From positions 29,264,001 to 29,328,000 of the forward strand of contig OZ024759.1 in assembly GCA_964016885.1 (NCBI GenBank): a DNA stretch of 64,000 nt, read 5' to 3'. Of this stretch, positions 53,886 to 64,000 are shown piece by piece. The DNA is from Eledone cirrhosa. Lineage: Eukaryota. A program made the translations under genes and the position numbers. Numbering within the stretch: the first letter of the stretch is position 1; each line of letters starts with the position of its first letter. Under the pieces are notes generated by a model. That model had not been told where the DNA came from and made no database searches. It saw nothing but the letters and a program-made list of their open reading frames with translations.

Positions 53886-54697
53886 GTAAGTACTGGTTTT
53901 AATCTCTAAACAGACCTTTAGTTGTTTGTGTGTTTTTTTTTTAAATCTTTTTTATTCTGTATGTATGCGTGTGGTTTTATTTTTAATTTGTATTTCTACT
54001 TGATTATATTTTTAGAGCAGCTAATTAAGCATGATGCTAATGATCTTTTTTGTTATATTCTTGCATTATTATTACTAGTCGTGGTAGTAGTAGTAGTAGT
54101 AGTAGTAGTAGTAACAGTAATTTGGGGGAAAGGAAAGTTGATTAAATTGACCCCAGTACATCACTGGTACTTTGTTTCATCAACATGTGAAAGGATGAAA
54201 GTTGAAGTCAACTTCCTTTCATCCTTTTGGATAATAAGGAGGGGTAGGGTAGGGATCTATAAAATAAAGTACCAGGCAAATGCTGAGGTCGATTTAAGTG
54301 ACTGTCCCCCTCCAAGAAAAAAAAAAAAAAGAAAAAAAATTACTGGCCTTGGGCCTAAATTAGAAACCATTATTATTATTATTTTGGCTTTGTGCCTAAA
54401 GCAGAAACCATTATTATGCCATTTTTGATGCATGCTGGGATTATGTGGGGTCAGCCAATTGTAGAATGGGTGTGAAAGCCTTGCAAGCCTGCTTGGGTGC
54501 TTTTAACTGTGTAGTGGGTAATAAATGGATTACCCAAGTGTATCAGTGTGGACATGTAGTGACCCCAGTGGGTCATTGAGGTATGTGTGTGTAAAAGGTA
54601 AACGGGAATAACAAAAATAACAAAACAAACGGCGCAATACATTGAAGAAATATATTAATTTAATGCTTGAAATAGCAGGAAGAGAGTCTTAACATTT

Positions 54698-54757
<60 letters not shown>

Positions 54758-55112
54758 GTATATGTATGTATATTTATTAAAACAACAAATTAAAGTTTAA
54801 GCAAAGAATTGCAAAAAATAACAGATTAAATTTTAAGCAAAGAAATGGGATCTCTTCTGAAGCTAGTTTCAGAAGATCCCGTTCAGGGTGAAAGCAGCGA
54901 TTTTTTGCTTAAACTTTAATCTGTTATTTTAATAAATATTTGCTCTAGGGTTCTTATATATTTGATATATATTTATCCTTAGTGAGCCCTCTTTGGATTT
55001 TAGTCTTCACATTTATTATTATTACTATGTGTGTATATATGTATATATATATATATAAGTAGTCGGATCATCAGCTCGGTTTAAATGAGATTGTACGAAT
55101 ACACATGTGCAG

Positions 55113-55161
<49 letters not shown>

Positions 55162-56953
55162 GGTATTTATTATGACCCTTTATTTGGCAGGCTCTCTAAC
55201 AGCTGGATGCTCTTCCTATTACAACCACTTTACTGAGTGTACTCTGGACACTCTGAACTTATTCTAAACCTAACACAATAATTATGATGGCAGTGTTTTT
55301 TTTTTTTAGACAAATATGAAACACTTTAAACCAAACAGTTTAGTGTCATAAAACTAAAGGCATGTAGCCTAGAAGTTAAAAGCATTTGGTCTAGTGGTTA
55401 AGATGTTATTCAATTATAAGGTTGCGGGTTCAATTTCTTTTACCGGATGGCACATTGTGTTCTTGAGTAGCCCCCTCGCCCATCAATGTTTAAAACATTC
55501 AAGAAACATCATAAGAAGAGGCCAGCTAAACCTAAATGGGTGTGAGCTGTAACTTAAGCTTATATCTTAAACAACACACAGGGATGCAAATCTTAAGCTC
55601 TCTCTCTCTCTCTCTCTCTCTCAGTAATTGCAGTGGAATTTTTTTTAAAAGATGAATATAAAACTATAAAACAAATAGCTTAGTATCATACAACCAGGAG
55701 TGGTTTTCAGAAGTTTAACATCAAAAGGGTTAATTTTGTTTCTGATTCACTCTGAAGTACTGTTCCAGTACCGAAAAAAAAAAAACACAAAAAGACGCTA
55801 ATATTATAACATGGAAAATGTGTCGTCGATATAAGTTTGTATTTGTATACTTCATTTCCTGCACAATTCCACAATCCATTCCTATAATTTATGACTAAAG
55901 AGCAGACTTGAGTAATTTGTCTATTGACCAATGTTTACAGTGCCAGCAGGGACAGGCGGGTGGGGGAGGGCCCAGGAAAACCTCAGTGCTTTGTGACATA
56001 TATTTTCTTACTTCGGCCACACAACTTTCCCACCCAACCCACCTTACTCTTGGCAATGTGACTTGGAAGAAGAAATCTTGATTTGAACTTTGGTCTGTTC
56101 TTTTGTCTAATTGTTATGTCATTCGTTATAGAAAATAGTGTTTAGTCATTAATTAACATTGAGAAAACATTATTATTAATTTGTTTTATGCTCTATTTTA
56201 ACCCTTTCATTACCATATTTCTAATGAAAGAAAACTGCCTATGGTTTCGTCTTTATTTTCCCCCCACTTTGGCTTTCTTCTTGTCGGCAGTCGCTTGCTG
56301 TCGTTTTTCTCATTTGAAATGGGGGATGCAAGAGAGCAGTGGCAGCGTGCAGTCTCTTTGCGTCCTTCGATGCATAGTGGGCACGAACAGCAGGTCTCCA
56401 TGCTCGGGACACCCTGGAGTAACATGTCTTTGGACTCATTGGCATGTTGGTATTTTCTTCCGTCTGTTTCTCTGTTTTCAAATCATTTTGAAAATAACCC
56501 AAAATTTGAAGATATTTAGTAATATAACTAACTTTTGAACAATACCTTTTGAGCAGAATTGGTTTGGCAGAAACTGAAGAAATCTGTTAGTTTAGAATAG
56601 GTGCACTGTATCCCTGTGTGTCCTAAGAAGTAACTAATAGGGTTAGTGTCGGGAAGAGCATCCGGCTGTAAAACATTGCTTCAAAAAGTCCCATCCAACC
56701 AATGTCGGCATTGGAAAGGTGGGTGTAGAAATGATGATGATAATGACATACACGTGTGTTTGTGTCTATATATGTGTCAGTGTGTCTATATAAGTGCCTG
56801 TGTTTGTCTTGTAATTTAGTGGATCAACAAAAATGATTGATAAAAAAAGTACTAGATTTGAAAATATAAGTACTGGGTTGCGGAAGGGATAGATAAGATC
56901 ACAATCAAGGCAGTGTCACAGACCAATTTCTGAAACCAGTACAAACATACACA

Positions 56954-57143
56954 TGAGGGGGTGCTGAAAAGTTCCTGGCTTTAAGGGTTTTGTGAAAGGG
57001 TAGAGCTGTTATCTTTAAAGGGGTGGTAGGATCGCTGCAATAAGTGTGAATCTGAGAGGGGAATATGTTGACTAAAATCATAATTAGCTGATCTTCCTGT
57101 ATCTTCTTTTACTCAAAGCCAGGAGCTTTTCAGCACCCCTTCG
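56954..57143 (+). mobile_element. mariner deletion derivative (MITE)
   Basis: About 28-bp TIRs GAGGGGGTGCTGAAAAGTTCCTGGCTTT; internal frameshifted DRCNKC.NLRGEYVD* resembles a mariner transposase C-terminus. Confidence 0.75.
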
Positions 57144-57703
57144 AGTTTGTGTATATAAATTTATGGTACCCATTTACATGTGTTGTATCAAGGCAAATAA
57201 CTTTGTGTCTACTCTGGGATTTATACATAACCTTAACTATTGAGTACGCTGAGATACAACCAGTACTAGCAAGGAAATCTTATGCTAATCCCATTAACCT
57301 CTTATTATATATATATATATAAAGTAGTAGAGTTAATATGAAGGATTGGGAGATATATAATAAAAGAAGATAATAGCCCGGAAATATCATGTTGAAATAT
57401 ACTGAGTAAAACATTACTTTGTTCCGTTTTATTTGTCATTACCCCATTGTATTTTTCTACTGCAATGTACCAGCTTTCTGAAACTTATCAGCCTTTTATT
57501 TTATATATCTTATAGTACAGTTAGTTATATTCCAGCTCTGTATATTGCATAGAACACTCCATTTCTATGGCAATGGAAAGGGTATCCAGCCAAAGAAAAC
57601 CAAGCCAAAATTGTTTTCATTAGAAATATGGTAATGAAAGGTTAAAGTGTTTATATTTATCTAAAATCTTTCCATTGTAATTTCATGTCAGAACCTTTCT
57701 TAA

Positions 57704-57904
57704 CCCTTTAGTATTTAAACCGGCCATATCTGGCCAGAATTCTCTCACCTCTTTCTGTTCAAACCGGTCGTAACTGGTCACTCATACCAACATTAATGCA
57801 TTGTTCTCAAAATAAATACCCAAATCTCAGTTTCAATATTATGTGAGATAAAGCCTTTTCTGTGAAAATACACTAGTAAATATAGTCACGTGAAAGCTAA
57901 AGGG
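57704..57904. mobile_element. piggyBac-like MITE nested in the ~190-bp repeat
   Basis: Host sequence gaacctttgTTAAgttat is split, with TTAA duplicated on both sides. Confidence 0.85.
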
Positions 57905-58314
57905 TTAAGATATGTTCCAAAACACCAGTTTAATAATGAGAAAGTTAGTTATATTACCCAATCCCTCTAAATTTTTGATTATTTTCAAAATTAGTTGCAA
58001 ATCATAAGCATGACATCATCTGAGTTATATAGCTTTATACCATGACATCCCAACTTACCCATGCAAGCATGGAAAACAGTCGTTAAACAGTGACAATGAT
58101 GACAACGATATATCAGATACAACCTCACACAGTTCCTCTTCTTTACTCCTCCTACTGTCACCATTCAAACATAATCTCAGCTATTTTTATATTTAGAAAA
58201 AAGTAGTTAACAGTAATCAATGGGAGCCTTGGAGAAAAACAGAACATGTGTTACTGCTGCTAGGAATGTGGCATCAGAAGGACAAAGACACAGTCTTCAG
58301 TGATACCACCATCA

Positions 58315-58750
58315 TTTAAACCTTTCGTTTCTTCCATATTTGCAATTTATTTTTTTAAATAATCAAAAATTTTGAGGTATTTTGTAATATAAAGTAATGC
58401 TCTCGTTATGAAGCTGGTGTTCGGAACATAACTTAACAAAGGTTCTTAAGCCTTTAACCTTTCCGTTAGTTTATTCAGAATGAAAGAAAATGCTTTATGA
58501 TTTGCAATTAATGTAGAAAATAATCTTCGAGGCATTTTGTAACTAATGCTCTCATTATTAAGCTGGTGTTTGAATCATAACTTAAAAGTTCTTATTTCTT
58601 TAACCTTTTCATTAGTGTATTTCTAATGACAGATATTGCTTTATGATTTGCAATTACTATAGAAAATAACCAAGAATTTGGAGGGATTTTGTAATATAAT
58701 TAATTTTCTCATTATTAAGCTGGTGCTTGTAACATAACTTAACCCTTTAG
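58315..58750 (-). repeat. Tandem multimers of a dispersed ~140-190-bp AT-rich repeat (also 17325-17700, 28930-29310, 50585-50850, 51625-51800, 57610-58010)
   Basis: Recurrent aagctggtgtttggaatataacttaacaaaggttctta..ttaacctttcattaccatatttct. Confidence 0.7.
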
Positions 58751-58943
58751 ATGAAATTAGGTTCTTATCCCTCAAAGAAAAACAACACAACCATTGTAGA
58801 ATGTCAATAATGTCAGGAATATCTGAAAGAGGCACCTAATGGAACAATTGTACCAAAAATATCAGCAGAGTTAGTGTAATAAATAATCTGTGTTCCACAA
58901 CTTGTCCTATACATTGAGTGCTCTTCTAATTTTGGGCACCCTC

Positions 58944-59402
58944 TGTGTGGCCTAGTGGTTAATTCCTGGACTGGATTGTGTGTTGTGTTCTTGAAAAAAA
59001 CATTTCATTTCACGTTGCTCCAGTATACTCAGCTGAAAATGAGTACCAGCCAGAACTGAGGGTTTAACCCTGCGATGGACTGGTATCATGTCCAGTGGGG
59101 AGTCTTATACTCTCTGTTATTTAATGCCATGGAAAGCAGGATAAGCACTGGCCTAATTAGCCTCCAGGCTTGGGACAGACTTTAACCCTGTGGTGGACTG
59201 GCATCATGGGGGTAGTCTTCTATTTTCAATCACTTCACACTGTGGAAACCAGTATAAACACCAGCCTGATGAGTCTCCGGGTTTGAGACCGACTTTAACC
59301 CTGCTATGGACTGAAGGGGAGTCTTGTACTTTAGGTCACTTAACGCTACGGAAACCGGGACGAGTTCTGGCCCGATGAGTCTCTGGGCTCAATAAGACTT
59401 CA
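58944..59402 (+). mobile_element. Third tRNA-derived SINE with triplicated 3' module
   Basis: TGGCCTAGTGGTT head, then three tandem ttaaccctgcgatggact..ggaaacc..cctgatgag..agact modules. Confidence 0.6.
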
Positions 59403-59860
59403 GGCTTTTTTATTTTTAACCAAATTACACTACACTGCAATCACTGTCATCACCATTTAATGTCCATTTTTCCATGCTAGCATGGGTTAGACGAGTTGTC
59501 CCGTTGTGAGATAGGCCAGGTCAGTTGACCATGTCTTGTTCATACAGAACTGATTTTGGCTTTGTTTCTACGGCTGGATGCCCTTGCTGGGTGCTTTTTG
59601 TCATGACAATAAATATTCTAATCATCCGTTAGAAACACAGGCATGAAAAGGTTAACTAATGCTTCTTGATCAATTTGAAAAAAGTCCAGATTAGTAATTT
59701 AGTTATTGTTCATATAGTGTTCACCTCATATATTTCTCCTTCCTCCATCTTCCACATCACCTCACAGGCACACATTAAATGGTTTTGTGTGACATAAAAG
59801 TGTTGCTATCGTTGTTGTTGGTGCTCTTGTCCACAGAACATATAAATGTGTATGTGTGTG

Positions 59861-59953
<93 letters not shown>

Positions 59954-60602
59954 GTATATATGTGTATGTATGTATGTATGTATATATGTGTATGTATATA
60001 TATGTATGTATATATGTGTATATGTGAGTGTATGTATGTATGTGTATATGTGTGTATATATATATGTATATATATGTGTGTGTGTGTGTATATATATATA
60101 TAAAACACTGACTGACAGCCAACCACCATTAGCTGTTAACACACATAACTAGCAGCATTCAGCTAGTTTATGCGTGCTTGTGTGTACATGCATACATAAC
60201 AAACATACATACATACATACATTCATTCATTCATACATACACACACACACATATATATATATATATATGTTTGTGTATACATACATCACACATAGACACA
60301 CAAACATACATACATAACACATAGACACATATATATATATCATCCCTGCTGAGTTCTGTCCATGTTCTCTGCTTCTGTTAAGGTTTTCTGCAATCAATAT
60401 AATAAGTATTGCTTGGACTCTGAGCAGCACTGGCATGTTGTCATAGTGAGGAGTATAGATTAATTTACAGTGGTGGTGGTGGTGGTGGTGGTGGTGGTAC
60501 CTCCATCTCTCCCTCCTCCATCACTTGCCACTCAACTCTCTGGAAATTCTGGTTGTAATTTAGCAATCATTCATGATTATTACATATCACTGAATGGATG
60601 TA

Positions 60603-60669
<67 letters not shown>

Positions 60670-62895
60670 ATGAGTGTGGGGGTATTTCTGCAGGTTGTGT
60701 ACCCTCATCAGTTTGAAAGACACACACACACACACATACTGTGTGTGTGTAAATCTATTTGCATGTGTATATATGTGTATATTTGTGTGTGTATCATAAT
60801 GTATATGTCCCATGTTATTGTTTTTGACCTTGCACCATATATATGTATATATATATATGTATATGTATGTATGTGTATTTATATGTGTGTGTATTCTTTG
60901 TGTGTATGTATGTTAATAAACCTTACAATTTTAATTTAGGCTAATATTGGAAATGCATAGTTTTTTTAAATTAAAAAGCAATTTATGTGTACTAGAATAC
61001 ATACATACACATATATATGTGTGTCTAATATAGGAACCAGAGGGAATATTAGGATATACAGCTGTGGAGATAAATACATATAACTAGTCATCAATGTTTT
61101 ATTAGATAAGGTTAAATGTATAACCATTATATATATACACACACATTGTTTGTACATATATGTACTATATAATATATAGTATACACATTGTTAGAAGTAA
61201 ATCAATGTATAAAACATTATCTTCTGGCTTTCAAGAATTCTAGTGATGCCAGATTCAGATTTAATCCCCCATCAGAAGCTTACAGTCCATGGACCTTATT
61301 ATTAGCTGAACTATTAGCTTGTAAAATTCATGCTCTCTTCATTTTACATCTGACTTTCATGGGGTGTGTGGGTTTCATCACCACACCCTCTTTGTCATCA
61401 TCATCATTGTTTAACCCTTTAGCATTTAACCTGGCCGTATCCGGCCAGAATTCTCTCACTTCTTGCTGTTCAAACCGGCCATAATCAGCTGCTCATACTG
61501 ATGTTAAGGTATTGTTCTCAAAATATATATCAAAATCTCGTAATTTGATATTATGTGAGATAAAGTGTTTACAGTGAAAATACAATAGTATATATATAGT
61601 AATGTAAATGCTAAAGGGTTAACATCCGTTATTTCCCAGGCTAACATAGAGAGAGTGAACATGCCGTCTCTTAGCATTTATTTTTTCCCGTGCTAGCATA
61701 TTTTGAACTCAGAATGCTAAGAGCCAGAACAAATACCAAAATGGCATTTTATCTGAATATTTGCCATTTTGGCCAATCTACCACTCTCTAATGGTAATAA
61801 AGGGGATATGATTTAGGTACAAGGCCAACAATTTTGTGGGAGGGGAAGTCGATTTTATATCTGCCTTCCATGGGTTGTACGGGTTCCACATCAGCACCAT
61901 CATCATCGTTTAATGACCATTTTTTCCCGTGCTAACATAGAGTGGACAGGTCAGTCATTGACCAAGCCATTGGAATCACTGTCCTTATGAGGAGGAGGAA
62001 TGTCGATGGACAAGATCCCAGACCTCGTTTATTTAGTGAGTGGGGTGGAACTCTTCAAATTGAACCAAGGAAACAATGTTTCCATTGGTCTTTCCATTGC
62101 CAGTACTATCTACTGGTTGCAACTCCTGGCAGAAAGAATGTAAAATAAAGTGTCTTGCTCAAGGACATAATGCGCCGCCTGGTCTAGGAATCGAACTTAC
62201 AACCTCACAATTCTGAATCCAATTTTCCAACCAGCAAGCTTCGTCCTTACACAGTCAATTTTTTTTTGTTTTAATTTTTTACATTTTTGTTAACATTATA
62301 TCACACTTTTTACACACAAAACAAACACATTGCACTGTTTTGTTGTCTTTGATGTTTTCTTTATGTCAACCCTTGTGGCTGATAAATCAATATTATTACT
62401 AAATAGGCAAAGTTATTATAAGAGCGGTGGATTGACAGTGTCAGTAGAGAGTCACACAACATACTTTGTGACATAGTTACAGCCCTTTACCTTCTGGGGT
62501 CAATTTCATTAACATTCCCTCCCCAAATTGTTGGCCAAGGGCAGTGAATTGGTAATATCGGAAGAGCATCGGACAACATTCTTTGTGACATAGAGTTACA
62601 ATCCTTTTCCTTTGTTTTTTGAGTTCAAGTCCTGCCGAGGTTAGCTTTGCTAATTTGGGGTAATTGCTGGCCTTGTGCCAAAAGTAGAAGCACATTATTA
62701 TATCTAAAGTCCACCGTTTATTCTTTGGGGTATGGGGGAGGGGGGTCGATAAATTAAAGTACCAGTCAAGTTATATGGGTATGTGTGTGTGCATGTGTTA
62801 GATACGTGCATGTGTGTTTGATATCGTGTATGTATTTATATGTGTTAGATCGTATGTGTGTGGTTTACACATGTATAATGTCATGCATGTTTACA

Positions 62896-62926
<31 letters not shown>

Positions 62927-64000
62927 TTTTTTTTTTTTTCATAATTTTACGTCCGCTTTCCCCTGCTTGTAAGGGTGGGACGGGAACTGATTCTGGCTTA
63001 ATTTCTACAGCTGGATGCCCTTCCTAACACCAACCTCATTTACAGTGAGTGCTGGGTGCTTTTTTGCCGTGGCACCTCCACGAGCACTTTGCAGTGGAAT
63101 GTTTTAGGGTTTGTGGTGGGTCTTTCTGTCCCCCTCCCCTCAAGCTGTATTACAGCATATTTTCCCTCCGCCCCGTCCCACATACACACTGTCCCACTTA
63201 TTCCATGCATTTGGGCCAGAAGTTGGGGATCCAGCCACACACACACACACACTCTCTCCTATTCTCTCTTTTTCTTCACTTTTTCTCCATTTTTCCTTCA
63301 CACACACTCTTTCTCCCCCCCTCTCTCTCTCTATTATACTCACTTTTCTTTTGGTCTCTCTCTCCTTCACTCACTCAGCCTCTCTCCTTCACACACCCAC
63401 CCTCTCTCCTTCACACACCCACCCTCTCTCCTTCACACACCCACCCTCTCTCCTTCACACACCCACCCCCTCCTTCACTCACTCAGCCCCTCTCCTTCAC
63501 TTACGATCTCTCTTTCTCTATCGTCCTCTCCTGTCTCACTCTTTCTACTTCACGCACACCTACCAATACACGGACTTTGTTACTTTGCTTCCATAAACCA
63601 TATAACATCAAGATGTAGGGAGGGGGTAGTGGAGATTACTCCAGAAACCCCTCCACTCTCACCTCCACCCCACTCCCTAAAATTGGTGTGACTCAGAGTA
63701 TTAGTAATATTCAAGCTGTGTGTATGTATGGTATTTCCTACCATCGCCGCCATTACCATTACCACTACAACCAACAACCACCACTACCACCATCACCACT
63801 ACCACCATCAACAAGAGCAACAACAACCACCACCATCACTACATCTTCCTCACCCTTTCATAGACTTCTGTGGTTGTGAAGGTGTGTGGCCTAGTGGTTA
63901 GGCTTGTGACCCTATTGGTTGTGATTCCGCTCATTGGACTGGACAGTGTGTTGTCTTCTTGAGCAAGACACTTCATTTCCTGTTGCTTTTCATGATAAGA

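Noticed and set aside
59264-59300. CTGATGAG as a hammerhead core
   Set aside because: No stem II followed by GAAA downstream; it is part of the SINE 3' module.
59762-60152. Multiple YI/HT-rich ORFs here and throughout the window
   Set aside because: Translations of (TA)n, (CA)n and (TATG)n microsatellites.
60344-60436. Possible intronic snoRNA or miRNA hairpin
   Set aside because: Only short, interrupted stems; no convincing C/D or H/ACA boxes.
61188-61484. Possible B55 exon 4
   Set aside because: No [21 protein letters not shown]-like sequence in any frame I read; the ORF runs into a MITE.

Overview
AT-rich, microsatellite- and repeat-dense animal DNA. The repeat landscape suggests a cephalopod such as Octopus (inference). 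The window holds the promoter and first three coding exons of a PP2A B55/PR55 regulatory subunit gene (PPP2R2/twins) on the + strand. The exons are 7, 69 and 98 nt, intron 2 is 36.5 kb, and later exons lie beyond the window. A divergent, unidentified gene starts on the - strand at 3110 (first coding exon MAEEQ). The rest is tRNA-derived SINEs, LINE relics (RTE, L1/Tx1, CR1-like, CRE), DNA-transposon MITEs (piggyBac-, hAT- and mariner-like) and minisatellites. Almost all ORFs in the supplied track are microsatellite artefacts. Three signals stand out. (1) Several families of short elements embedded in (TA)n carry type-I hammerhead-ribozyme cores or half-cores, copy-specific fold-back palindromes centred on ribozyme helices, and a shared GTACTCAATAC...TAGAGTG motif, resembling Penelope-like pLTRs or retrozymes. 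(2) Two candidate phase-1 alternative first exons could give B55 different N-termini. (3) A 5' UTR segment can pair either in a local hairpin or with the B55 start codon and first donor.
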